Assembly (NCBI RefSeq): GCF_009914755.1
Contig: NC_060930.1
Reading direction: 5' to 3' (one strand)
DNA from: the human T2T-CHM13v2.0 reference genome, Homo sapiens
DNA: 64,000 nucleotides
Numbering within the stretch: position 1 is the first letter of the stretch; each line of letters opens with the position of its first letter. Shown piece after piece: positions 1 to 15,413 of this stretch. The notes below the pieces were generated by a model. The model was not told where the DNA came from. It saw nothing but the letters and a program-made list of their open reading frames with translations, and made no database searches. The translations under genes and the position numbers were made by a program.

Positions 1-196
1 TATAATGAAATAAATTTGTAAAAATGTTTGTGCAAAGCATTCAGCAATGTAGATTTCTTTATGAGTATAAACTTTCAAGGATTTCATACTAGCTGCCTGG
101 ATTAGCCAAAAATATACATTTTATTGGCATATTTATTTATTTTCATCATAAAAGGGGAATGAGTATATCAGTTGCTTCTCTTGAATTTGAAAATCT

Positions 197-415
197 TCAT
201 TCATCCATTCATTTGATGGATATTTATGGAGACTTACTACAACCCAGGCACTATTCTCAGGGCTGCTGATACACTGATGAATGAACATATAAGTCCTCTT
301 GCCACCTGGAGCTTATACCCTAGTGTGGAAGACAAACAGAGAAGCAAACAAACAAAAAAGCGCAAATGAACAGATGAGTATAAAATATAATTTAGGTAAT
401 GATAAATGCTGTATC
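197..415 (-). mobile_element. L2 LINE 3' fragment
   Basis: CATTCATCCATTCATTT...TATTTATGGAGACTTACTAC...CCAGGCACTATTCT matches the antisense L2 3' end. Confidence 0.7.
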
Positions 416-1734
416 AATTTGATTTTAGCCAATGTGTTACCAAAAGAACATCATCTAAGACAAACACATAGTAACCATGTATTTGATGAATGTAACTAAT
501 ATAATACATTTAAAATGAAGAAGTTTTGAAATATACAAGAAACTCTATGTACACAAGCACTGAAAATATAACAGGGCAGATACTAATGGAGAAGAAATTA
601 TAATAGCGAGAATAATTATTTTCTTTATATCTATATACCATGACTTCTGAAACAAATTTCACCCCTTTCAAATTATTAAAGATAATCAGAAGCATTCTCC
701 CCAGAAACATAGATGAGTATGACAGTCACCAAAAAAGACCATATAAGTCATTGTATCTCACAGTTAAATTGCTATATTGAGGAATGCCCAGACTGCAGAA
801 GTGAATTTAATTTAACTGGAGTCTTGCTGGCTCATTTGCCCAGATACAGCCATGGTATGCAATGGCATGCCAAGGGAATTAATAACTGATGGATGATCAG
901 ACCTGCTCAAAGCAGTGGTAATCATTTGCTGCTTAAACCACCACATTTTGGCAAATAAAAAGGCTTCGCTGGTGCCAAATCTGTAATTACTTTACTTAAC
1001 AGTGATGACATGTGTGCCTGTTTTGCGAGGTCCCATACTGATGCTTCTGTTGTTGGCTAAAAACCACCCGGTACTTGAGATAATAACCTCATTTCTGCAT
1101 CTGTCTCTCTGTAAGATGGATCTTTTAATTTCTTTTTCTTTTCACTTTTGTTTTGTTGTTGCTGTTCTTTGAAAGTTAAAAAAGACTGAATTTTACCCTT
1201 TTTTTGTGGGAGGGTGAGATGAGGCAGGAGGGTTTTGTTTGAAAAGCCTCACAATCTCTTAAACATAACTTTTAAAAACTGTTTATACCTCCACATAATG
1301 ATCTCAAGATAATGACCTTGAAGTGACAGTCTATTGTTACATGGATAGTAATGTATATATATGTATATTCATGTGACTAAGCGTTATGGTGATAGAAACT
1401 AGGGCTAGATTTCCCTCAATAACTTCATCACTTCCTAGTAGCAAGTTCCAATTTCAGACCAGTGGTATAGAGCAATCAATAGTGGTGCTCTAAATTTGCT
1501 GAGTGAAAATTACCCCAATTAGGGTTGAATACCTAAATTATAGCTAGGGAGTGATGTAGGCTGTTGAGACAATAAATCCAAATGTGTGGAATCGCAAATG
1601 GAAGGTTTCTCTTGAGAGGAGAAAGTTCAGGCAAATTTACCTAAAAAGGATGAAAAAATATTTTCCAACCAGTGAAAGAATTTGATTCTAAAAGCTTTTT
1701 CTAAGTCTTCTTATTGGAATGAAGTAAAAATATT

Positions 1735-4045
1735 TTGTTGACTATTAATATAGCTACTTCCATTTCTATTGGCTAGTGTTTGTATGATATATATATTTTT
1801 TCCATACTCTCATTTTAAATCAGTCTGTGTTTTTATATGTGAAGTGAGTTGCTTTTAATTGTTTAAGTAGCTTTCATAAAGTTGAGATGTACATTTTTAT
1901 CCACTCCAAAAATCTCTGCCTTTTAAAAGAAATGTTTAGACCACGTATATTTAATAATCAATGCAGTTGGGTTTTAGTGTAACATTTGACATTTTAAAAA
2001 TTTGTTCTATCTGTTCTTTGTTTCTTGCTTCATTTTTCACTGCCTTGTTTTCAAATAATGGAATATTTTGTTTCTATTATTGGGTAAATAACAATATATC
2101 TTACATATGTATTCTTGCTCTAGGGTTTCAACGTGCATCTTAAATGTATCACAATCTACCTTCAAATGTTATTATACCACTTCACATAGTGTGCAAGAAT
2201 GTTAAACAATACACTTCTTTTTCTATTCTTGTCCTTTGTGCTATTATCTTGCAACTTAAATCTACACATATTATATATCTTAATACATTCTTTGTTTTTG
2301 CTTTAAGTACTCACTTTTAAACACAGTAAACATTGAGAAATATATATTTATCCAAACAGTTACCGGTTTCTGCATTCTTTACTCATTTTTATAGATACAA
2401 ATTTCCATCTCAATCATTTTATTTCTCTTGTTAGAACTTTATTTAACATTTATTTTAGTATAGGGCTGATACTGATAAATTTTCTTAGCTGCTGTGTGTG
2501 TCAATAACTCTTTATTTCACCTCTATTTTTGAAGGATATTTTCTCTGGGTATAGACTTCTGGGTAAATAATTGTTTTGTTTTTATTGTTTTTCCACTACG
2601 AGTACAATAAAGATATCATTCCATTTTTTAATTGTTTTATTACTCACATGCTATCTGATAAGAAGTGTGTTATTCTAATCTTTGTTTCTCTATGTAACAG
2701 GTCTTTTTCTCTTTTTCAATGGCTTTCAGAAGTTGATTGTGATGTCTTATGGTGTGGTTTTCTTTATGTTCTTTTTTGGAGCTCTTTCAGCTTCTTTAAT
2801 ATATTGGCTTACCATTTTTATAAATTTGGATAATTTAATTTTTAAATTTTTTTTTGCTCCCTTCCTACCCCATTCCTTCCTCCTGGGACATCGATGATGT
2901 GAACCATTATTTTAGACCATTATTTTACAAGTCACTTTCTGTGTTTTTTCAATACTTTTTTCTGTCCTTTATTTTTTATAGTTTTTTGTGGTGTTTTCAA
3001 GTTCATTGATCTTTTTTCCCTGCAATTTTTTCCTGCAATGTAGGCACATATGGTGTATTTTTCATTTCAGAAACTGTATTTTTAATGTTTCATGTGAGAT
3101 TTTAAAAAATCGTCTACTTATGATGATCATGTCTTTCTGTAACTTTTTGAATCCATAATGCATTTATAATTGCTATATTATTGTCCTTGTCTTATTTCAG
3201 CAGCTGTCATTTCCAGTTCTGTTTCTATTTATTGATTGTTCTCCTGTTTATGGAATCATAAGTTTCTGTGTTTTTGAATGTCAGTTAACTTTTGATTGGA
3301 TGCCAGATATTATGAATTTTACATTTTTTAATGCTTGATTCTGTTGTGTTTCTTTATATAGTGTTGAAGTTTGTTCTTGCATAAAGTTAAATTACTTGGA
3401 ATAAGTTGAATTTTCCAAGATTTTTCTAAGATTGTTAACATGCTCCAGTGCAGCTTTTAGTCTGGGTCTCATTTAGTTTTAATACCAAGCTAAAATCCTA
3501 TGGGGAACACTGCCTGATGTCCCTTGTATTTAGCTGTCTCTTCATTCTGGGTGGTGGAAACACTAAATATTCCCAGTCCCTCTATGTGTTCCAGAAATTT
3601 TTCAGCCTACTGATTTCTGGTACTTCTTTGTTCATCTTTGGGTAGTCTCTTCTTATTCATGTTCTGTTCAGTACTCAGCAAACGCTTCAGAGAACCCCTA
3701 AGAGGAATCTTCAGAACTCTCTGTGTGCAGCATCCAACTCTCCAGTATTTTATCACATGAATTCTGGTCACCTTGGCCTCCCCAGATTTTCCTCTCTTTC
3801 TCTTCAACTCAACAAAATTATTTACCTATGTTTTTCTCTTCCCTCCTTGCACTGCAGTCTGTAACCTGTGCCAAGAAAGTACCCAGGAAAGCACAGGTCT
3901 CACTTGTTGTTGTTTTTGTTGTTGTTTCTTTTTCTCAAGGATAACCTACTGCTTAATATTTGAAAAATTTTTTCATTTATGTATTCATTGAGCTTGTATT
4001 TATTTAAGGCAAGAAGATAAAACTCATCTTGTTTCTTTATCGTGG
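1735..4045 (-). mobile_element. Ancient L1M LINE, decayed 5'/ORF1/start of ORF2 region
   Basis: T-rich antisense L1 motifs (TATTAATATAGCTACT...GCTAGTGTTTG; TTGAAGGATATTTTCTCTGGGTATAGACTTCTGGGT); no intact ORF. Confidence 0.75.
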
Positions 4046-4400
4046 TAGAAAGTATAAATCTCAAAAAAACATTTTAACATTCTGCTTCCAAATGCTTCAA
4101 TTCAGAGCAACTTTTAAAGAAATATAAAAGCTCATTACTATTTAAGGAACTTGGCACTGACTTGTTATTAATCACTCAGTGTACTACATGTGCTATTGTC
4201 TTGTTGGGATGTGCTACTTAAACTGCTCTTGAGTTTGGCCTCCTCTATTATATACAGTCAGTGCCAGAAAAATGAGTTTCACATCTACCAGTATCTACAG
4301 GCAGTACAAAAGTGTAACATGATCGTATCCAGTTGGGAAATTTAGATAGACTTTAAGGAAAGGGTACTTTTTAAAATAGACCTAAGAGACAGAGGGATAC

Positions 4401-4661
<261 letters not shown>

Positions 4662-6599
4662 ACAGAGGGATACATTTTTAATAAAAGGCATAAATAATGA
4701 ACAATTCCGAATTTCTGGATCATAAGACCAAATTAAATTGAAAAGGAGACGTTGGGAAAATAGAAAGAAATTTTGATTTTTAAAGAGTAGTCGAGTTGAA
4801 TCTATAAGAAAACAGCAGCAATCTCTATTCATTATTTCCAAAAATCCCTCTTTAAAAATACACAATTCAACATTACTTACATAAACCAAATTGAATCATT
4901 TTCTAATGGTTTTATGGATTAAAGTAAATCTTTCATTTCCAACCAAGTTTAAGTTCCTTAATGGTAGAGTCTGAATAACACATCGTGGCTTGCCACACCT
5001 AAAATTGTGGGACAGCTTTCTTTTGATTTTTTTAAGGGCAATATTAACATGCTCTCTGAAACAGAAAGGGAATTCTGATGAACTTTAATGACATCCCCAA
5101 ACTGCTTTCTAGTTAATTGTGAAATAAAGGTAACATACCCCAGATATAGTTGGTAGAACACAAGAAATATCTGAAAGGCTCTTAATGGCAAATTCCTTTA
5201 AGCTTTTCCCCAGTTTCTTCTTTCTTCCTTTTACACGTTTCCTTGATCTCGTTATATCTAACTCATGGGCAAAGCATGCTCCAATGGCGGGTTAGATAAC
5301 TGATGTAAATAAGTGGTTTCTGCATTTGAACTATTTAGAGGATTCTTATAATTTGTTTGTATATTTGTTAGCTTTATGTTGTTTGGTTTTATGGTCTCAA
5401 AAATTATACATATGGGTGTTCTCTATAGCTAAATGTCTTTCTTTATATTGTAATGTGCAATTGCTTTAGGACCCAACTTAGAATTCAGGATGTGGATTGA
5501 CATAGGTGTTCCCCATGCTGGAAAAATCAGTAGAGAACTGAGGTGAAGAATAGTATTTCTGAAATATCCCTGTAGACTTTTGGCAATAATTAATTTTACT
5601 TGCAAAATAATAGTTTAATTGCTCCTCTTCCCTTGTCTGTGCCAAGTCATGTCATCTGTTTTTTACTTCCAGTTTTATGTATTTTTAAATGGATCATAAA
5701 AAAACTCCCCACCCTCTTCTTGACAAAAAGCTCTGAGCTACTCAGAACAAAGGAGCAAAGTAACTACACTTGAGGTTTTTATTGACATGTACACACATGC
5801 TAAGCCTTGACTTACAATGTATTTTACTCATTTATGAAAAAGATGAGTCACCTGTGTCTGCATTTGTCACATGTAAGTTATTTATTTTCTTAGCCACGTT
5901 TCCCCACCTGGATTATTCTGTAATGCAAAAAAAAAAATGTTGTAAATGGCTTAGCTAGAAGTTTTATCATTTCAAATTTATTCTTTTACTTTGGTACAGC
6001 ACCTCCTATTGCTTTGTTATTGTTTTTGTTGCCTGGGATTCCACCAGGGAGTATAAGACGGAAACTTCTGCAAGAAAGGATGTACCTAAGTCTTTAGTTT
6101 TACATTGCTGTGCATCTCGTATTAAGATCAGACGACCCTATTGACAAGCGCCACTTATAAGGGAGATAACATTTTATTATAGATCTGTAGATTCACAATA
6201 AAAGATAGCGTGCTAAAATACTTGAGATAGTAATTGCATGATGTTAGACATTTTAAGATGAAGTACTTAACAAAATAACCCCAAAGAAGAAAGCTACTTT
6301 GGTTGCCGTCTCTGCAGGAAATAGCTTTGATTGATTACTTTTGCTTTTGTTTTGGCTCTTCAGATCTTATCAAGAAATGATGCCTTTGAATGAAAATATA
6401 TAATGTAGTTTTGTTTAATTTTGATTTCATTAGATTTTTTGGCAGTTTTGATAAGGTGACAGGGCTGGCTACAGTTTAAGGAAAGAATTAATTTTGACTC
6501 AAAAAACTACTCATGCAAACAAATCAATAAATACTATTGATAAATGAATACATGCACAGATCAAAATAAATATCAAATATAATTATTACCAATTAGATT

Positions 6600-7350
6600 T
6601 ATTTATTTATTAAAAACTTCATATTTGTGAGGCATTTTATAGAATCTGAGGATAAAGAGTTAAACAAGGGGCATTCCCTGACCTCATGATTGATGGTAAT
6701 GTTCTAGTAAAGGAAGTAAAACACTAAAAAAAAAAACCCATTATATACACGCACACATACATACATACATACATACATACATACATACATACACTAAAAG
6801 AAAACCCTGTTATATACACACATACATACATGGAGACAGGTAGTGACCAGTGATAACAAGAAGTAAAGCAGGACACAGGGATGGAAGGTACAAGGGGGAG
6901 GTACGCAAGGCTATTTCAGGAGGGTTGGGAGCAACAGTCTAAGGAGGTAAAATTTCAATGGCAATTCAGTGAAGGGAATGAGAGAGCCCTATTAACATCT
7001 AGGAGAAGAACTTCCCATGCAGAGGTATCAGCAGGTGCAATGTCCTGGGAGAAGTATGTGCCTGAGATGGTTTGACAAACAGCAAGAGGGTTATTGAGCT
7101 GTGGAGCTATGGTGAGAGAGGAGGGAGGAGAGTGAACTAGGTCAGCTCATGGAGGGCCAAGTATTCCACAGACAGGGCCTTCAGACTCATCATCAGTGGA
7201 GAGTTGCGAGCAAGAGAGTGAGGGGACACATTTGGTTTTAAAAGAATAACTAAGGTAACTGTAAATTAGGAAACAGACTTGTGCGTGGGGCCAGGAATAG
7301 AAGCAGGAAGCCACAGGGGGAAGCTATTGCTCCTGGAGTTTAGACGTAGA
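6600..7350 (-). mobile_element. L2 LINE fragment interrupted by a (CATA)n repeat
   Basis: Purine-rich antisense L2 motifs (GCAGAGGTATCAGCAGGTGCAATGTCCTG...AAACAGCAAGAGG). Confidence 0.65.
6756..6792. repeat. (CATA)n microsatellite
   Basis: Direct reading. Confidence 0.95.
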
Positions 7351-7870
7351 AGACCCTGAAAGCTTTCAACAGGATAGCTCCAAATGACTACAGTGCATAG
7401 TTTACCAAGACTCAGGGTCTGGGGTAATAACTCATAATAAAACACAGTCATATTTCTGAAGAATGTATGACTATTCTTATTCAGTGGGATAAAGAAGGAA
7501 AATAAATGGTCTTATTTCAGATGAGGTCAAGTTTTCCCATCAAATGAATAATGAGAGTACTTTGGATTAACAAAGGTTTCTGGACTGCAGAATTCCAGAT
7601 GTCACTATGGACCAGTGTAATAATGGTGACATCTTTTATATAGAGTTTCTGTATATATTCCTCACAAATTACTAACACTATACAAATAAAAGGTAGCCTT
7701 CCTTCAGAAAAAAATTATCTGAATATCAAAAGTGAATATGAATCAAAATGTAAAAATTAAAATAAAGCTGCATGTTAGATAACTAATTGACGAAGAATTT
7801 CAAAAAGAGGATAAAGCCTCAGGCTCAGTAAATGTGGGAGAGATATTTTGCAGCATTAAAGGCCTTATAG

Positions 7871-8236
<366 letters not shown>

Positions 8237-9936
8237 TGATATGAGCTCAACTCTGAAAGATGTGTCCAGCAAGGAGTTTCTAGCAGGGAGAAAGGCTTGC
8301 TAATCTCCAGCCCCCCAACCCTCGTACTCTTCTCCATCTTTACAGCCATAGTTGCCTAAGAACCTACATAAACCCTTGGGGCTGAGAAGATGCAGCTCTT
8401 CCCCAGAGTAACAAAGACAGAGGCATTTGAATCTTGGCTTCTAATGGCAGAAGCCCTATAGTTAGGGTGTAGGAAGGAGTAGCCTGTTTATATAAAAATA
8501 AACCTACACATCATTGAATCTGGTTATCAAAATTCAACTAAACCAAACCAAAGCTCTGCTTAGAAAATAAAATACAGTTTATATTTTAAACAGTATATAA
8601 ATACAGTTTATACCCAATGGTCATGTCAGAATCCTGTAATCAGAAGCAGCTTGAAACTCTATTTTCACATCCTCTGGGATTTCAATTCACTGACTTGCCA
8701 GTTCAAAATCACGGAAGTCCTCTACATAATTAATGCTCATTTTTAGTGTATTGCCTCAGTGTATATCTTATTTTATACACGATTCATAGTTTCTTGATGA
8801 AAATGCACTTATATAAGCATAATTTTGTAGTTTTTAAAAATTGTTTTCAGAAATCTACTCTTTCAAAGTAACTCCATAAGCACTTTGGTCCAGAATGAAT
8901 CATGAGTGAGTTAGTGAACTGTTTCTGTGTCTATATATGTGTATGCGTGTTTAGTGCTGCTAATCTATTCCACAATTTTTTTCTGACTTGCTACAACTTG
9001 GAACTTCTCCAAACATCTTTTTAAAAAATGCTGTTAATTACAGGAACTTTAATAAGGCATCTGAAGTCTTTCAAGTTGGTTTCCCCATATATGTACACAC
9101 ATTTGTATGCTTTGAGTGTGGAAAATAATTTATTGCCATCACAATTATCATCCAGAATAGCAGCATTTATATTTCAATCTCATATTGCACTGTCTTCTCT
9201 CTGTAGGCTGTAGACATAAGCTGTAGTTAAGGCTGTTATTTTCTCAGAATCACCATGGTGAAGTTATGCTAGAACTAAAGTTACAGAGATTAAGGTGTAG
9301 GAAAATCAAATTATCGTCACTATGAATCATAATAGTGAAATATATGCAATGCTTGGTAGTCTATAGAAAAGGATAATTTGGATAGTTTTGTGAAATTGTA
9401 TGGCATCTTATGTGAAAAAAAGGACTGAAGACAGGAAAAAATAAAGCAATAAGAAAAGGAAATTTTTAATCAAGTTAAAATACTTTTTTTACTCTCCTTC
9501 TCTCTTAGAACAATGTGGGGGAAGATTTTAAGTTTGTGGGCTTCTGTGTTTTTACATTTATTGAAGATTTATTTAAAGAACTCCTGCAGCCCCCAATGCC
9601 TTCTTTGGAGGAATTATACCAAGTAGTGTATAGGAATTATACTAACTATAGTAGAAGAAATTTTATTAGCTAGGTGTACCCTCAACGTGTCACTAATGAG
9701 ACACTCATTTTCTATAAACAATACTGATTTCATGGGTTTTACCTAGTGCTGCTTGAGAAATAGCGTTCATTTCACAGACATACTCTCTTTATATATAATT
9801 TAAAGCACTTTCCTATTTGCTAATAGAATTAACAGGGCATTCACCCGTATTTTACAAAAAATAAGACCTATGACATTCATTACAAACAAATTTTCCAAAT
9901 TTGCAAATAATTTCCCATTGTTACAGTTTTACTAGG

Positions 9937-10310
9937 TACATTCATTTGCTGGGGCAGCTGTAAACTACCACAGACGGGAAGGCTGAAGCAACAGAGATTT
10001 ACCTCCTCACAGTTGAGGAGGCTGGAAGTCCAAGATCAAGGTGTCAGCAGGGTGGGTTTCTCCTGCAACCCTCTCCTTGGCTTGTACGTGGCCATCATCC
10101 CCCTGCATCTCACATGGTCTTTTCTCTGTTGTGTCTGCATCCTTATCTCCTCTTGTAACACACCAGTTAGATGGGATTAGGGCCTACCAGAATAACCCCA
10201 TTGTAACCTAATCACCTTTGTAAAGATCCCACCTCTAAACACAGTCATATTTTGAGGCACTGGGGGGTTAAACATATGAATTTTGGTGGTACAAAATCCA
10301 GCCAATAATA
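9937..10310 (-). mobile_element. MLT1 (A/B-like) MaLR solo LTR
   Basis: CTCACAGTTGAGGAGGCTGGAAGTCCAAGATCAAGGTGTCAGCAGG...GGATTAGGGCC...ACATATGAATTTTGG. Confidence 0.9.
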
Positions 10311-10422
10311 CTGACTAAAATAAAATGTGCTTGAAAATTAAAGAATGACCAGTCTTTGAGAATGTTGTCACCTAAATTTTCTAAACACATTGCCATGAAT
10401 TTTTATGAAAACACAGCTCTCC

Positions 10423-10477
10423 TGTGTCGGTATGTGTGAGTGTGAGTGTGTGTGTGTGTGTGTGTATGTATGTCTGT
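10423..10477. repeat. Interrupted (TG)n microsatellite
   Basis: Direct reading. Confidence 0.9.
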
Positions 10478-11229
10478 CTTAGCCAGAAGTAGAGTCCTTT
10501 AGCAAAAGAGTGAGTACAATCAGTGATTATCTGTGGCCTGCTGACACATTTGAAAGAGAAAGCTGAAGAGAGAGCTGTTGAATACATCCTAACATTTTCA
10601 AAGCCGGACCCTTTTTGACAATTAAAACATAAGCACAGGAGTGTGAACAGAATACAGAGTATGAACAGAAGATGGGAACAGAGGAGGAGGCAGAGGCTTC
10701 TCCATTTTTTTGTGCCCATGTCAGAGATACTTTCATAAAGCAAGAATTAATTATATGCATATTATTTTTCTTTTTTTAAAAAAATGCTCTTAAAGATTAG
10801 TTCAACCAGAGTCACCATTTATAAGAAAAAACAAACAACAGAGACCCAGAAGGGGCAAAAATTTTGCTTTCAAATTTAACAGTGGAATCAGCACCAGAAT
10901 CTCAGTCTTCAGACACCTCCTTCTCTTTCTCCTACTTTATACTTTCTGCAACGAATTAACTCCAATTCGTTATTTCTTTGATGTCTTCATTATCAAAATC
11001 CTTGTGCAGTGAATGTCTATTGTTGTGTTCTTGCCTGGCGTCCCTTTCCCTTCATCTGGTATCTTCCTTTGCCTTGAGGATTTTCCCCTTCCCACCTGTG
11101 GGGGATATTCTATCCATCCAAGGGCCCTGCCATCCTTGTCAAAGACCTGAGCACATTACCTGGAATTCTCCAGCAAAAGACTGTTGAGGGAATTGATGTT
11201 GATTCTAGGAGAGAGAGGTAGGTTTCCTT

Positions 11230-11560
11230 CTTTTGGAGATTATGGCCCTTGAGGATTGTGTGAGCCTTGGAATGACAGAGGAGAGATCCTGATTGGAAAA
11301 GAGGAAAGCAGAGCTTAATGAACTGAAGAGAGATAAGGAATAGGAGTGAAAGACAGGGAGAGGGAGAGGGAGTGAGAAGAGAAGGTGACAGGAAATAAAC
11401 ACATGATGGCACTATTTGAATCTGGATTCATCAGGGCTTAAGGGATTTGCTGCTACTTCTGTACTTTTCAGTTAAGGTACTGACGCATTTCCTTTATTTT
11501 CTCCCTTAAGTTAGAGTTTAAGTTAGTTTTCTACTACTTGCAACAGAAAAAGAACTATCA
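11230..11560 (+). mobile_element. Old MLT1-type LTR, 3' part
   Basis: CTTAAGTTAGAGTTTAAGTTAGTTTTCTACTACTTGCAACAGAAAAAG resembles the MLT1 3' terminus; 5' boundary uncertain. Confidence 0.55.
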
Positions 11561-12826
11561 AACTACTGCAAATAATAATAAATAAAATAAAAAGCTGCTG
11601 TGAATAAAGGAAGTCCATCTCAGCCACATTATATGAGGTCCGGCACACCCCTGACAGACAGAGCCAATGTCTCCCAAGTCTAAATCCCTGTCCTTGAATG
11701 GCTAGCTTTCAGGTCATGGAAGGGTGACAGTTTACTTTTAGGGTGGGGCCACGGGATAATTGCCTAGCACTGATACATTAGAGTGCTTCTCTAAATAAAC
11801 AATTAGAGAACTTGCAATTGATCAGTTGCCCAATTTCCTTGAAGATTATTATTGTAGGTCTGTTTCCATGAGGATTATTGTGAAGAACATAACTTCATTC
11901 AACACAACATATTCTTAGGATAAGAAAGGGAGTAGCCTTACATCTTCAATACACATTGTGGTTTGAAAGCATATTTAAGGACATTACAGCCTTTTGGCTC
12001 TTGTGACCTTGGTGATATTATTGGAGGGATCTAACAGAAACACATTTTCAAATCTGGTATATTGACACTACCTTCTCCACACCCTACTCCAATCTCATTT
12101 CCAGAATTAACAGGTATTGAATAGGGGTGGAATACGAGTTACTATAGGTTCCCACAGGCTACCATGGATTCTTATTTTTGCGCTGTTTTCATGGTATAAT
12201 TCAAGTATGGGGAAAGTCAAGGTGGTTACTAGATGTGCTGCAAAAGATGGGGGATAAACTTCATGGCCAAGGTGTATTTTGCATAGTTGAAAGGCTCAAA
12301 ATCCATCTCATAGTCTAGAGAAAAACAGATGGCAAGATCCCATGGCCAATATTTTCCATGCAAGGAAATCTACCAATCAGCAAGTTGTAACTTATGAAAG
12401 AGTATTTTCTTCCCTGGCTAGGGGAACTATAAAGACCAGGTTTCCTTTACACTAAATGAGTTGGTTCTTGATAAATTTGTTTTAGTTATAAATTCAAAAT
12501 TCCTTCTTTCGCCATTGATTATGCTGATCACAGTGAGTCTGGTTCTTTTACCATGGTTTCGCTAGGATCTGCCTTCTCTAACTCCACTTTTATGGAAGTG
12601 TATTTAGAAACTTCTTTGATTCCAGAGATCCTATCAGAAGTATACAAAACAAACACTGTTGAATCTGAATCCAGATTCACTTGTCTTTAAAAAGGTCATT
12701 GTGTTTCAGTATGGAAAATCCTATCTAGTATTCTTTTTAAAAAATGGTCATAATACATTTTTGATCATATAGGGTATGCTAGCAATAGTACTTAAAGCAG
12801 AAAACCAACGTGTTTGTATGTATATT

Positions 12827-13152
12827 CAGTCATGAGCCACATAATGACATTTGGGTCAGAAGCACATATACGAAGGTGGTTCCATAAGGTTGTAATACTG
12901 TATTTTTACTGTACCGTTTCTATGTTTAGATGCACAAATATATACCATTGTATTACAACTGCCTACAGTATTCAGTACAGGAGCACGCTGTGCAGGTTTG
13001 TAGCCTAGGAGTAATAGACTATACCATATCGCCTAGGTGTGTTGAAAGCTATGCCATCTAGTTTTGTGTAAGTACACAATGATTTTCACACAATGATGAA
13101 ACTGCCTAACAACACATTTCTGAAAACATATCCCTGTCATTAAGCTTGACTG
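12827..13152 (+). mobile_element. Tigger3a (Golem/MER7-type) non-autonomous DNA transposon
   Basis: CAGTCATG...TGACTG termini; internal GGTTTGTAGCCTAGGAGTAATAGACTATACCATATCGCCTAGGTGTG. Confidence 0.88.
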
Positions 13153-14918
13153 TGTTTGTGTGTATATACACTTTGCACTTCTTTAGAGAATGTAGATTAC
13201 ATGATTATCTCAGTTCTGAACACAACTGGTGTCTACATAGGTTAGACGCTTCCCCAAGCAAAATTACCTCATGTAAGGTGACAGACAGTAACAGAGTTTG
13301 ACGTACAAGAAATGTCTATAGATATCACCAGCATTCATAGGAGGTAAGAAAGATTACTGAAATATCTATCTATTTATTTTTGAGCATTAAGAAAAAAGTT
13401 TTCATTTTCCCCTTGACTGATATCCCATATGTTTTGTGGGAAGTTACTCAAAAAAGAAAATCATCCAAGGTCAGATGAAAAAAATTTTAAGAAAATAAAG
13501 AACGCCCAGCATGTCAAAATGATATATCTATTGGCAATGGAAGTGGTCACCTCTTAAGCAGAAGACTATTATTAAATAAAAGACTGTCTGGAATTGACAG
13601 ATTGAGGATGGAAAGAAGTTTTTTGACTTATTTTGTTAGGTGAGACAAGCAATATTCCTATATCACATGGCTTAAAATTTTAACTATAAAATCTGAAAAA
13701 TGATCAGTTTTACTATAAATAGTGTTCCTACTTCACAGATGTTCTTAGTGGTTGTTAACCATAGGACTCTAGTTTTTCTATTTAAAAGATAAGCTGAAAT
13801 TTAGCACATTTGCTTAATAAAAGATCATACAATCAACAAGACGATTTTTATTCCTTCATGTTTCTCCCTGGGGAACGCACTTAGCCTCAGAATGATTTTG
13901 CCTGATGACAAGTAGCAATTGCACTTGCTTTCATAGTGTCCAATGCATTGCTCTCACTAATTTGAATCTCTCCACTAAATGGTTTAATTAATTTTGCATT
14001 GTGCTTACTGACTAGTTTTAATTAGCAGTTAAATCAGTTCAGTTAACGAAAAAATGTAGGTGTTTACATGAATGCAAATCACAGTGAGTTATTGGGGCCC
14101 AATTCAGACACTTGTTCTGTCCCGTCGATGTTCAATTTCCTCAGGCCTTGCTAAAATAAATAAATAATTGTATTCCATAGCTGTAGTTTTTCACTCAATA
14201 AATTATGAACATTTATGATGCTCCCACCAGATATGTCATGAGGAAGATGGTGTGCCCAGACCAAAGGCAAAGACCTCCCTGGGCAGTGTCTTCTCTCCTT
14301 CATTGAAGATACTGCATATGTGAATTTCAGGAATGGCTCCTGCAGTTCTGGCGGAAGTTGGGTTTTCCTTAGTTAGTTGTGTTGAGGCAACCACAATATA
14401 GAGGTGCTATGAATTTCTCCAGGGATGGTGGAGTGGTGACACAAAGCACAACCTTGATGCAGCTCCTTAGTGAGTTTAATGTTCAAGAAAAAAATAATAA
14501 AATGATTAAATATTTAAATCCCTTCTTCATTTCTAATACTGTGCATTTTTTATCCACTGATTTGGCTACTATGTAAGAAAACAGTCAACCATTGTAATCA
14601 CTTGTGGTTGACTATTTTCTTACATAGAAGCCAAATCTGGGTGAAAAATCTACTGTATTAAAATAAATATTGTATAAAATACAAGATAAAAAATAATCTC
14701 ATCAACAAATAACTTCTAATTTATAAGAATTAATTTTACAATTTCTGGACCTTTTAATTCATTTTGAAGATGGTCTGCTTAAAAAAAACAAGAAAGAAGA
14801 ATGTGTTTTCCAGAGGAAGAAAATTTTCAAGAAAAGTCTTTATTTGACTTAAAATTCAAGGAATCTTTATAATTTCAGGAAAACCATATCAGCAAGCTCC
14901 TCTGACTATAAAGTATAG

Positions 14919-15413
<495 letters not shown>

